This document shows positions 47,363-56,934 of a stretch of DNA of 64,000 nucleotides, piece after piece. The position numbers and the translations under genes are program-made. The notes below the pieces were generated by a model. That model was given only the letters and a program-made list of their open reading frames with translations, was not told the DNA's origin and made no database searches. The DNA is from an uncultured Acidobacteriota bacterium (lineage in GTDB: Bacteria > Acidobacteriota > Thermoanaerobaculia > Multivoradales > JAHEKO01). The DNA is taken from the NCBI GenBank assembly GCA_963713825.1, contig CAVQNG010000025.1:892415-956414 (forward strand), written 5' to 3'. Each line of letters starts with the position of its first letter. The stretch's first letter is position 1.

Positions 47363-49537
47363 TTGTTGAGCCGCAAGACAACGACGGCATCCAAGAGGTT
47401 CAGCTGGACGACACTCGGGTTGGTGATGTGGCTGGGGCTGGCGATCGTGCCGCCCGCGGCTGCCTACGTAGGCCCTGGTGCCGGTTTCGCTCTGCTGTCC
47501 TCGTTTCTGGTCATCTTCACGACGATTCTGCTGGCCATCGTCGCTTTTCTCGCCTGGCCGTTTCGGATGTTGTGGCGAATGCTGCGCCAGAAGCAGCGGG
47601 CCAGGCCGAACATCAAACGCTTCATCGTGGTCGGACTCGACGGTCAGGACCCGCGATTGACGGATCGCTTCATGGCGGAGGGCAAGCTGCCCAACTTCGA
47701 GCGCCTTGCCAAACAGGGGACCTACTCGAAGCTGCGGACAACCTTTCCCTCGGTTTCACCGGTCGCCTGGTCATCCTTCAGTACCGGGACCTCGCCCGCC
47801 AAGCACAACATCTTCGACTTCCTGGATCGCGACCTGAGAACCTACTTGCCACTGTTGTCGTCGACGCACATCGGCAGCATCGACAAGTTCCTGAAGCTTG
47901 GGAAGTACAAAATCCCCATGCAGAAGCCCGAGCTCCGGCTGCTGCGGAAATCCAAGCCCTTCTGGACCATTCTGGGCGAGCACCGTATCTGGAGCACCGT
48001 GCTGCGAGTGCCGATCACCTTCCCGCCGGACAAGTTCTACGGAGCTCAGCTGAGCGCCATGTGCGTTCCTGACTTGTTGGGTACCCAGGGGACATTTCTC
48101 CTCTTCACGACGCGGCCTCCTGAAGGTGAGTTCAAGGAAGGCGGCATGCGGGTGCCGCTCGAAGGTACCGGAGATCATTTCGAGACCCAGCTCGAGGGGC
48201 CCGAGAACATGTTCCTGCAAGGGGATCCTCCCTTGAGCCTGCCCATGACCCTCGATGTCAATCGAGAGGCCAAGACCGTCAAGCTCAATCTCGCTGGGGA
48301 AGACTACGAGCTCCGTCGTGGCGAGCTCAGCGATTGGATCACCCTGACGTTCAAGGCGGCGCCGGGAATCAAGGTGTCCGGCATCTGCCGGATGCAGATT
48401 ACCGAGATGGAAGAGCATCTGTCGCTCTACATCACGCCTATCAGCCTGGATCCCGAGAATCCGGCCATGCCTGTCTCCCACCCGTCGTACTACTCGACGT
48501 ATCTGGCGAAGAGAATCGGTCCGTATTCGACTCTCGGATTGGCCGAAGATACGTGGGCTTTGAACGAGGAAGTGACCGACGATGCCACGTTTCTCGAGCA
48601 GACGCTGGATATCGACACCGAGCGGGAGAAGATGTTCTTCACCGCCATGGACCGCCTCAAGCAGGGTTCGCTGGTCTGCGTCTGGGATGCAACGGACCGC
48701 ATCCAGCACATGTTCTGGCGCTATATAGAGGAAGGCCATCCGGCCGCCCGTGGCAAGGAAGACGCCAAGCACAGGAATGCGATCGAAGAGCTCTACAAGC
48801 GCAACGACGCGCTGGTGGGTAGGGTCGTCAAGAAACTCAAGAAGGGTGACGTCCTCGTCGTCTGTTCGGATCACGGATTTACCTCCTTTCGGCGGGGTAT
48901 CAACCTCAATAGCTGGCTGCTGGCCAACGGCTACCTGAAGCTCAAGGAGGGCTGCGACGGTGCTTCGGAGTGGCTACGTGAGGTCGATTGGTCCCAGACC
49001 AAGGCCTACGCTCTCGGTCTGACCGGCATGTTCCTGAACCTCGAGGGTCGTGAGAGCGAGGGGATCGTCGCGCCTGGTGAAGAGGCCGAGGCTCTGAAAG
49101 CAGAGCTCATCGAGAAGATCAGCGGCCTCGTGGACGAGGAAAAGGGCGAGGTCGGCATCGTCGAAGTCTTCGACACGCACAAGCTCTACCAGGGGCCTTA
49201 CCTCGGCAACGCACCCGACTTTCTGATCGGCTACAACCATGGCTACCGGACCTCGTGGGATTGCGCCACCGGTGTTGTGGCCGGGCCGGTCTTCGAAGAC
49301 AACACCAAAGCCTGGAGCGGTGACCACTGTGTCGATCCGCGGCTCGTACCCGGTGTGCTGTTCTGCAGTCACAAGATCGACGATGACGACCCGGCGCTGA
49401 TCGACATCGCCCCCACGGCGCTGCAGCTTTTCGGCGTAGGTGTCCCACCGCATATGGAAGGCAAGCCGCTGTTCAGTAGCGAAACGATGTCGAGCGGCAG
49501 GCTCAAGAAGCTCGAATTGGAGCAGTCCGATGTTTAG
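47363..49537 (+). CDS. Alkaline-phosphatase-superfamily (NPP/phosphodiesterase-like) membrane enzyme A
   Basis: AGGAG RBS; signal-like segment, AYVGPGAG, TM; GLDG, TFPSVSPVAW (Ser nucleophile position), DRIQH, SDHG, GDH. Confidence 0.88.
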   Translation: MLSRKTTTASKRFSWTTLGLVMWLGLAIVPPAAAYVGPGAGFALLSSFLVIFTTILLAIVAFLAWPFRMLWRMLRQKQRARPNIKRFIVVGLDGQDPRLTDRFMAEGKLPNFERLAKQGTYSKLRTTFPSVSPVAWSSFSTGTSPAKHNIFDFLDRDLRTYLPLLSSTHIGSIDKFLKLGKYKIPMQKPELRLLRKSKPFWTILGEHRIWSTVLRVPITFPPDKFYGAQLSAMCVPDLLGTQGTFLLFTTRPPEGEFKEGGMRVPLEGTGDHFETQLEGPENMFLQGDPPLSLPMTLDVNREAKTVKLNLAGEDYELRRGELSDWITLTFKAAPGIKVSGICRMQITEMEEHLSLYITPISLDPENPAMPVSHPSYYSTYLAKRIGPYSTLGLAEDTWALNEEVTDDATFLEQTLDIDTEREKMFFTAMDRLKQGSLVCVWDATDRIQHMFWRYIEEGHPAARGKEDAKHRNAIEELYKRNDALVGRVVKKLKKGDVLVVCSDHGFTSFRRGINLNSWLLANGYLKLKEGCDGASEWLREVDWSQTKAYALGLTGMFLNLEGRESEGIVAPGEEAEALKAELIEKISGLVDEEKGEVGIVEVFDTHKLYQGPYLGNAPDFLIGYNHGYRTSWDCATGVVAGPVFEDNTKAWSGDHCVDPRLVPGVLFCSHKIDDDDPALIDIAPTALQLFGVGVPPHMEGKPLFSSETMSSGRLKKLELEQSDV

Positions 49538-51542
49538 GCATTCATCTCGGCGTCTGTCCACAGGTCTCCGCGTCGCTATCGCGATAGGGGTGGTGGCGAG
49601 TGTCGCGTTTCTGGCGAGTGGGATGATCGCCTGCGGCAGCAAGTCCGCCGCCGCCGACTCGGGCAAGAAGGTCATCGTCCTGGGATTCGACGGGTTGGAC
49701 TACGAGTTGACCCAGCGTCTGATGGCTGAAGGCCGAATGCCCAATTTCTCGCGTTTAGCCGATGCCGGAGGCTTCGCGCCGCTGGAGACCTCCGTTCCGC
49801 CGCAAAGCCCGGTCGCCTGGTCGAACTTCATTACCGGCATGGACTCCGGGGGCCACGGGATCTACGATTTCGTCCACCGCGATCCGGAGACGATGCTGCC
49901 GTACCTGTCGACCAGCAAGACGGAAGATGCCGGCAGAGTTCTCGAGGTCGGCAAGTACGAGTTCCCCTTGTCCGGCGGCGAGGTGGAGCTGCTTCGGCAT
50001 GGGACCCCGTTCTGGGAAGTGTTGGAAGACCACGACATCGAGACCACCATTATTCGCATCCCCGCCAACTTCCCGCCTTCGGGCACGGCGACGAGAGAGT
50101 TGAGCGGTATGGGCACGCCCGACCTGCTGGGAACCTCGGGGACCTTCTCTTTCTTCACCTCCGAGCTCTTCGCTTTCCAGGGCGAGGACATCAGCGGCGG
50201 TGAGGTCTACGAGGTCTATCCGTACGACAACACGGTCGAGGCCTCGCTGTTCGGCCCCGACAATCCGTTCCTGCAGGAAAAGGAGAAGATCGAGCTTCCG
50301 TTCACGGTCTATCTGGACGTGGAGGAGGCGGCGGTCAAGCTCGAAGTCGGAGAGACAGAGCTCATCCTGCAGGTCGGCGAGTGGAGCGATTGGGTGCCGA
50401 TCGATTTCGAGCTCATCCCCACGCAGACCGTGCGGGCCATCGTGCGGTTCCATCTCAAGCAGGTGCATCCCGAGCTGGAGCTCTACGCCTCGCCACTGAA
50501 CATCGATCCAGCGCAACCGGTCATGCCGATCTCGACACCGGACGACTACTCGGCCGAACTGGCCGCAGCCACCGGGCGTTTCTACACGCAGGAGATGCCG
50601 GAGGATACGAAAGTTCTGAGCGCTGGTATCTTCTCGCGAGACGAGTTCCTGGAGCAGGCCAGACTGACAGCCGATCAGTTCCTGGAGCAGTACAAGTACG
50701 TCCTGAGTGAGTTTCGTTCGGGGCTGCTGTTCTACTACTTCGGCAACGTCGATCAGACATCGCATATGCTGATGAAGACGCTCGATCCCGGGCACCCGGC
50801 CTACGATTCCGAGGTCGACGCGCCGTTCGCTCACGTCATCGAGGATCTCTACATCGAATTGGATGGCGTCGTCGGTTACACGCTCGACAGTATGCCGGAG
50901 GGGACGAAGCTGATCGTCATGTCCGACCACGGATTCACCAGCTGGCGGCGGTCGTTCAATCTCAATACCTGGTTGATGGAAAACGGCTACGCGGTGCTGA
51001 AGGACCCGAATGTAAGGAAGGATCCGGGCTGGCTGCTCAACGTCGACTGGTCGCAGACCCGGGCCTACGGCCTCGGTCTCAACGGGCTTTATCTCAATCT
51101 GAAGGGCCGGGAGAAGGAAGGCATCGTCGACCCCGCCGACCGCGAAGCCCTGATGAAGGAGATCGCTGACAAGTTACTGGCGACGATGGATCCAGTGACC
51201 GGTGAGCCTGCGGTCACCAAGGTCTACTTCCGAGAAGAGGTCTACAGGGATCGAGGCTATCTAGAGATCGGGCCCGACCTCCAGGTCGGTTACGCCAAGG
51301 GAACCAGGGGGTCCAATGAATCGGCCTCAGGAGAGTTTCCTCCCGAGATCATCGTGGACAACACCGAGGAATGGAACGGCGATCACTGCATGGATCACGA
51401 AGCCGTGCCGGGAATCCTCCTCACCAACGAACCGCTGAGCCGACCGGCACCGAGTCTCAAGGAGCTGGGCGCGTCGATTCTGGCCGAGTTCGGCGTCAAC
51501 GAGGGATTCCCGGTGCTCGAAGCGCCGGCGCCGGCCGGCTGA
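49530..51542 (+). CDS. Alkaline-phosphatase-superfamily enzyme B (paralogue), exported or lipoprotein
   Basis: N-terminal hydrophobic segment ending IAC; GFDG, PPQSPVAW, DQTSH, SDHG, GDH; overlaps enzyme A stop. Confidence 0.88.
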   Translation: MFRHSSRRLSTGLRVAIAIGVVASVAFLASGMIACGSKSAAADSGKKVIVLGFDGLDYELTQRLMAEGRMPNFSRLADAGGFAPLETSVPPQSPVAWSNFITGMDSGGHGIYDFVHRDPETMLPYLSTSKTEDAGRVLEVGKYEFPLSGGEVELLRHGTPFWEVLEDHDIETTIIRIPANFPPSGTATRELSGMGTPDLLGTSGTFSFFTSELFAFQGEDISGGEVYEVYPYDNTVEASLFGPDNPFLQEKEKIELPFTVYLDVEEAAVKLEVGETELILQVGEWSDWVPIDFELIPTQTVRAIVRFHLKQVHPELELYASPLNIDPAQPVMPISTPDDYSAELAAATGRFYTQEMPEDTKVLSAGIFSRDEFLEQARLTADQFLEQYKYVLSEFRSGLLFYYFGNVDQTSHMLMKTLDPGHPAYDSEVDAPFAHVIEDLYIELDGVVGYTLDSMPEGTKLIVMSDHGFTSWRRSFNLNTWLMENGYAVLKDPNVRKDPGWLLNVDWSQTRAYGLGLNGLYLNLKGREKEGIVDPADREALMKEIADKLLATMDPVTGEPAVTKVYFREEVYRDRGYLEIGPDLQVGYAKGTRGSNESASGEFPPEIIVDNTEEWNGDHCMDHEAVPGILLTNEPLSRPAPSLKELGASILAEFGVNEGFPVLEAPAPAG

Positions 51543-51568
51543 AGGCTAAAGAAGTAGATAGGGAGCAC

Positions 51569-51769
51569 ATGACGATGCTGGGAACGACGAAAGTCAAGCT
51601 GGACAAGGATCTGGTGAACAAGGTCAAGCGCTACGCGGACATCGCTGGCTACTCGACGCCGGAAGAGTTCATCACCCACGCTTTGGAGAAGGAGCTGTCG
51701 AAGCTCGAAGGAGCGGACTCCGAAGAAGAGATCAAGAAGCGCCTACGAGGTCTGGGGTATATCTCGTAG
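51569..51769 (+). CDS. Small ribbon-helix-helix (CopG-like) protein with C-terminal EEEIKKRLRGLGY motif
   Basis: AGGGAG RBS; KVKL strand, helix, GYS turn, EEFI..AL helix; LGY tail. Confidence 0.8.
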   Translation: MTMLGTTKVKLDKDLVNKVKRYADIAGYSTPEEFITHALEKELSKLEGADSEEEIKKRLRGLGYIS

Positions 51770-51801
51770 GGGCTCGAGGACTTGCCGAGGCCACTGAAAG
51801 A

Positions 51802-52626
51802 ATGACTGTTCTGAACTCGATACTGCAGACGCTGGTGAACGGGCTGCTGTTCCCCTTTCGGCAATTCCCGATCGGGGCACTGGTCCTGATCTCGATTGTC
51901 ACCGCGGTGGGGATGCTGCTGGTCTTCAAGAAGACCTCCAACCAGACCGCTCTCGAGGCGGTCAAGAAGCGCATCCACGCTTGCCTGTTCGAGATCCGAC
52001 TCTTCAACGACGATTTGGGTGCGATCTTTCGCGCCCAATTCGAGATCTTGAGGACGAACCTGACCTATCTGCGTCTGCAGTTGGTGCCGCTGGTCTTCAT
52101 CTTGCCGCCCATGATCCTGCTGCTGACGCAGCTGCAGCCCCACTATGGGTACCAGGGACTCCACATCGGGGAGCCGGTTCTGGTCAAGGTGAGGGTGGCA
52201 GACTCACTGGCCGGAGAAGGAGCCGCGAAGCCGGCGGTGGACCTCGAAGTGCCGAGTGGGCTGAAATTGGAGACTCCCGCCGTGTGGATACCCTCCCGCG
52301 GTGAGTTGGCCTGGCGAATGGTGGCAGAGGCGGCCGGCGAATACGACCTGACGGTGCACCTGGGCGATGAGAGCTTCGACAAGAGCGTCGAGGTCTCAGA
52401 GGAGTTCTTGAGTCGGTCACCGCTAAGGGCCGTGCCGGGGTTCGTAGATCAGCTGCTCTATCCCGCCGAGAAGCCGCTGCCCAAGGGGGCGTCGGTGAGA
52501 GCCATCGAGCTCGCCTACCCCGAGGATCCCACCTTTCTCTTCATGCCCCGTTGGATGTGGATCTTCTTCGTCTTCACCATCGTCTTCGCCTTCGCCTTGC
52601 GCAAACCGATGAAGGTCACGATCTAA
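51802..52626 (+). CDS. Membrane protein, DUF106/EMC3-TMCO1 (Oxa1-superfamily)-like, with inserted soluble beta domain
   Basis: TM, helical hairpin (TSNQ..L...KK.I), TM with P....PP, soluble domain, final TM W.W.FF......LRK. Confidence 0.55.
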   Translation: MTVLNSILQTLVNGLLFPFRQFPIGALVLISIVTAVGMLLVFKKTSNQTALEAVKKRIHACLFEIRLFNDDLGAIFRAQFEILRTNLTYLRLQLVPLVFILPPMILLLTQLQPHYGYQGLHIGEPVLVKVRVADSLAGEGAAKPAVDLEVPSGLKLETPAVWIPSRGELAWRMVAEAAGEYDLTVHLGDESFDKSVEVSEEFLSRSPLRAVPGFVDQLLYPAEKPLPKGASVRAIELAYPEDPTFLFMPRWMWIFFVFTIVFAFALRKPMKVTI

Positions 52627-52631
52627 CCAAG

Positions 52632-52652
52632 GGGCGGGGCTTGTCCCCGCCC
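52632..52652. repeat. GC-rich REP-like hairpin GGGCGGGG-CTTGT-CCCCGCCC
   Basis: Perfect 8-bp inverted repeat 5 nt after a stop codon. Confidence 0.7.
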
Positions 52653-52662
52653 GCGATCCCTG

Positions 52663-52826
52663 GAAGCGGCCGGACCCGCGCCGGTCGGCTGTGCGTCCAC
52701 GGATCTTTGAAGCGGCCGGACCTGTGCCGGCCGGCTGTGCGTCCACGGATCTTTGAAGCGGCCGGACCTGTGCCGGCCGGCTGTGCGTCCACGGATCTTT
52801 GAAGCGGCCGGACCTGTGCCGGCCGG
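52663..52826. repeat. Tandem array of about 3.5 copies of a 46-bp palindromic unit
   Basis: GAAGCGGCCGGACCTGTGCCGGCCGGCTGTGCGTCCACGGATCTTT starts at 52663 (diverged), 52709, 52755 and 52801 (partial). Confidence 0.95.
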
Positions 52827-52848
52827 GGTGGGTGCGCGAAGGCAGGGC

Positions 52849-52870
52849 CGACCGCCCCGAAGGGCGGTCG
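52849..52870. repeat. Hairpin CGACCGCCC-CGAA-GGGCGGTCG (REP-like)
   Basis: Perfect 9-bp stem in the convergent intergenic region. Confidence 0.65.
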
Positions 52871-53093
52871 ACGTGGGAGGAGGGGGGTAGGAGGGGAATC
52901 GAAAGGGACAGACTTGAAGGAGCAAGATGGGTGCCAGTCCCAGTCCACCCTCCAAATAGGCCCTGATTTACTGAAGTTATGGGCTTCCCGGCCTCGGTCG
53001 GGATTAGAAAAGACTGCTCAGATCTGCAAAATTGTGGCTGGAAAATCAGCCACGCCCTCGAAAAATTGTCGCTCAGAGGCGGGAGAGAGGCAC

Positions 53094-55245
53094 TCAGTCG
53101 AGCTGCGCGGAGGTCGATCCGTTCTCGGCTACGATGATTCTCAGCACGTGAGTTTCGCCGCCCAGGAGGCTCGCGGGCACATTGACGATCTGCGTCTCCT
53201 TGCCTTCCGAGGAGACGTAGATTCGAAACTCGGTGTCGCCAGCCGAGATCTGTTGTTGAGCTTCGAGCCTGCCTGCCGTGCCCTTCTTGAGGAACAGGCG
53301 GCCCTTTCTCGGTAAATCGAAAGGGCTGTAGGAGAATCTGGTCGTCGTCCGCGTAGACGGTGACAATCCCCTTCGGCAAGTAGCTGAATAGATCGACCTT
53401 GAGCCGGGACCAATCGGGACGGCCCACCGCCGGGTCGGGTGTCGGCGCCCGGGCGGCCCCAGGAGTCGCAACCGCGGCTCGTATCGGTTCGACAGAGGGA
53501 GGGCTGATTTGCGCTGCCTCGGCTTCGGCGGCCTGCTGCTTTTCGGCGGCTTGCGCCCTTCGTCTCGCCTCGTCCCGCGAATTCTTGACCCGATGGGCGA
53601 GCTCCAATGCATCGGGACTTTCGGGGTCGATGTCGAGAAGCTGTTGTACGACCTGTGTCGCTTTGTCGAACCGGCCGGAGCGTAGGGCTCTGGTGCCCTC
53701 TTCGAACAGGGCCGCGAACTCTTCATCGTTCACCTTCTGCTCTTGTTGGAGCACGACCTGCCGCTCAGCCCGCTTTCTCAGCTCGGTGACTCCCTCGAGG
53801 TTGGGCGCGATGTCCTCGGCTCTGGAGAAGACCCTGGCTGCGATTGCCGGCTCGTCTTCCTGCAGCAAGCGGTGTCCCTCCTTGAGCAGCGGCACGATGC
53901 GCTGTCGGAGCCGGTGCTCGGCGGAGAAGCCCAGGTTGTCGAAGTCACCTGGATGCGCCAGCCATATTGTCAGAAGGCCGAGTAGGAGCGCTGATACCAA
54001 GGTGATGCATGCGACCAGGGCGGTTCTTCGCCACTCGAGGTCGAGTTGCAGCTGGTCCAACATGGGGCGCAGCTGATCGCGCATCCGCTGCCAGCTCCAT
54101 GACTGGTCTTGCGTGCCAAAGGTGCCGTTCTCGGGCACTGAATCGTTCTCGGCTGTGGAGTCTGGAACGGCAGGAACTACAGGAACGGATGTGGAATCAA
54201 GGTCCGGCAGGTTGAGGACGTCCTCACCGGTGCGGTCCCAGAATACGGAATCGGGCTCTGTCTCTGGCGACTCTGCCGCTGTCTCAGCCGAAGGCGCTAG
54301 CTCGGAAAGATCCTGAGTGGAGACCTGATCCAGGTCCTGCTCGGTCGCGACGGGTGGGGGCTCGGTTCTGGGCTGAGGAATCGGTTCGGGTTGCGGATGT
54401 GCCTGCGCCACGGGATCCACGGCGCCCAGAAGAGCCGAGGCGAATTCGCCGGGACTGGCGAAACGACCCGCGGGATCAACGTGCAGCGCCTGCGCAAGGA
54501 CGCTCTGGACATGAGGGGAGAGCTCGTCGACCTCGGAGGGAAGGCGGTCCATCATGCCCCGCGCGATCTTCCACAGGACTTCGACCGAGTTCTCACCCGT
54601 GTAGGCCGGCAGCCCAGTCAACATCTCGTAGGCCACGACCCCGAGCGAGTAGACATCGGCCCGGCGGCCGATTTCCTTGCCTTGGGCCTGCTCAGGAGCC
54701 GCATAGCGGGGTGTTCCCATCGCCGGGCGATCGGCAGTTTCGCCACTGTTGCTGCCCAGTCGAGCGATTCCGAAATCGATCAACCGAGCGGTCTCGTCGT
54801 CGCTGATCAGGATATTGCCGGGCTTGATGTCGCCGTGCACGACTCCCTTGGAATGGGCATGGTCGAGCGCCGCAGCCACTTGCGTCGTCACCGCAAGAGC
54901 GAAGTCCATGGGAAGCGGCATGCCTGCTGTCAGCAGGGCTCTCAGGCTGGTTCCGTGGACATACTCCATGACCACGAAAGGTGGCGCTCCACCCTCGCCG
55001 GCGACGATCTCATGGACTGTCACGATATTGGGATGGGACAGGAGTTTGGCGACCTGGGCCTCGCGAAGGAGGGATTCCCAGTCACCGGGAGAGCCCTCGG
55101 GCTCGCCGCCAGGGACCAGGGTCTTGATGGCGACGATGCTGCCCGTGTTCGGGTCACTGGCCAGATAGATCGACCCCATGGCGCCATCGGCCAAAGGCTC
55201 GATGACCTCGTAGCGTCCATACCTCTCCTGCGCCGCGTGTTCCAT
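53094..55245 (-). CDS. Membrane Ser/Thr protein kinase with TPR-like repeats and C-terminal beta domain (frameshift at ~53305)
   Basis: VAIK, HPNIV, HGDIKPGN, DFG, YAAPE; TM; helical repeats; C-terminus continues GRLFLKKG...SAQLD in another frame. Confidence 0.85.
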
Positions 55246-55451
55246 GGCCGATTCCAAGGATAGACGAGTTGTTTTCAGGAGAATATGGAACCATCCACAA
55301 GCCGAATCCGCGGCGAATGGGCCTGGATCGGACTTGGTATCCGTTTGGTCCGAATGGCCTTGCCGCGAGCCTCCTGGTTGGGGAGAATAGCGGTGCTCCG
55401 GAGACCGATGGAGTGCGCAACCCGATTTGAATCGACGCGAAGGAGTTCAGC

Positions 55452-56018
55452 ATGGCCCCTATCGATGCCAATCAGTGCCGCCCGGGCACGAAGCTACTAC
55501 TCGACGGAGAGCTCTATACAGTTCTCGAACGAGCCCATCACAAGCCTGGTAAGGGAGGCGCCTTCGTGCGTTTCAAGCTCAAGGGAATCGTCACCGGCAA
55601 GGTGGTCGACCACACCGTTCGGGCCGGCTCCAAGATGGAGCGGGCGGACGTGACGACCCAGCCGATGCAGTACCTGTATCAGCAGGGTGACGATTTCGTG
55701 TTCATGGATATGGAGAGCTACGAGCAGGTCACCATCTCCAGCGAACTGATGGGTCTAATGGCGCAGTTCCTGGTCGAGAGCACCGAGGTTCAGGTCACAA
55801 TGTACGAGGGCCAGGCGATTGGCGTCCAATTGCCGCAGAAGATGGAGTTCGAGGTGGTGGATACCATCGACAACGCGGCCAGGGGCAACACGGCAACCGG
55901 TGCCACCAAGGAGGCTACGCTCGAGACCGGCTTCAACCTGCAGGTTCCCATGTTCATCAAGACAGGCGATCGAGTCCGGATCTTGACCGAGGACGGGAGC
56001 TATCTGGAGCGCGCCTAG
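55452..56018 (+). CDS. efp: Translation elongation factor P
   Basis: HKPGKGGAFVR, QYLY, RGNTA, KEATLETG, VPMFI; AAGGAG RBS. Confidence 0.97.
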   Translation: MAPIDANQCRPGTKLLLDGELYTVLERAHHKPGKGGAFVRFKLKGIVTGKVVDHTVRAGSKMERADVTTQPMQYLYQQGDDFVFMDMESYEQVTISSELMGLMAQFLVESTEVQVTMYEGQAIGVQLPQKMEFEVVDTIDNAARGNTATGATKEATLETGFNLQVPMFIKTGDRVRILTEDGSYLERA

Positions 56019-56606
56019 GTGCTGGATACCGCCCGCTACTGGCTGGCGCTGATTCTGGTGGTCTCGTTTCCACCGGCCTTCCTCTACTGGTTTGTCATCC
56101 ACCCCTTTGCAGACTTCTGGCGTCAGCTGGGTCCCCTCAAAACCCATTTGATCGTGGGGCCGGCGATGATTCTGGTGGGTTTCGGGATTTACAGATTCGA
56201 GGCGCCGCTGATGCGAGTCGATTTCGGATTCGTGCCGGCCTTTGCCGTCCTGGCTGTACTGTCCTACGCGTTCGCCGGGATTCTCGAGCTCCTGTGCCGG
56301 CGATACCTCAAGCTCAGGATCCTGGTGGGCGTTCCAGAGCTGAGTGATGATCCTTCGGCTGGAGGTCTTTTGACTGAGGGCATCTACGGGCGCATACGCC
56401 ACCCCCGCTATGTCAGCGTCTTCTTCGGCGGCCTCGCTGTTGCCCTCTTCTCGAACTACCTGGCCACCTGGGTGCTGCAGATCCTGCTGATACCGATCAT
56501 CTACCTGCTCGCCATCATCGAGGAGCGCGAGCTTCGCGAGCGATTCGGCGAAGAGTACGAGCGCTATATGGAGAGGGTGCCGAGGTTCGTGCCGCGATTC
56601 AGTTGA
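56019..56606 (+). CDS. Isoprenylcysteine carboxyl methyltransferase / PEMT family membrane protein
   Basis: TM helices, GIY..IRHPRY, EERELRERFGEEY..Y...VPRF. Confidence 0.85.
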   Translation: MLDTARYWLALILVVSFPPAFLYWFVIHPFADFWRQLGPLKTHLIVGPAMILVGFGIYRFEAPLMRVDFGFVPAFAVLAVLSYAFAGILELLCRRYLKLRILVGVPELSDDPSAGGLLTEGIYGRIRHPRYVSVFFGGLAVALFSNYLATWVLQILLIPIIYLLAIIEERELRERFGEEYERYMERVPRFVPRFS

Positions 56607-56934
56607 GGACGGACCAAATCCAAGGGGAAACCGCACCGCAATTGGCAGGCATTCTAATCGCTCCGGTTCTCTGGCTACTTCAGGCTGGTGGGCAGATGTA
56701 GATCGGAATCGAGTGGTCCGGTCAGCCCGTATATGATGGATGCCTAGGACCTAGCCGCTGAACTTTTGAGCGATCCGGTATTTTCTGGGGATGTTTGATT
56801 TTGGGTTCCATAAGCATGTACAGAGGACCAACTGACACCTGCCCTCTCGACTGTTCAGGCACTCCTCGCGGTGGTCCCCTTACGAGTCGATCCATCCAAC
56901 GAGGACTACCGAGTCGCAGAGTCTGGAAGTAGCA

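Noticed and set aside
52663-52826. Possible CRISPR array
   Set aside because: The sequence between palindromes is identical in each unit (no unique spacers) and there are no cas genes; it is a tandem REP-like repeat.
52423-53300. C-terminal extension of the 944-aa kinase ORF through the repeat array
   Set aside because: Artefact of the frameshift at ~53305; the plausible stop is at 53094, and the extension overlaps a real plus-strand gene.
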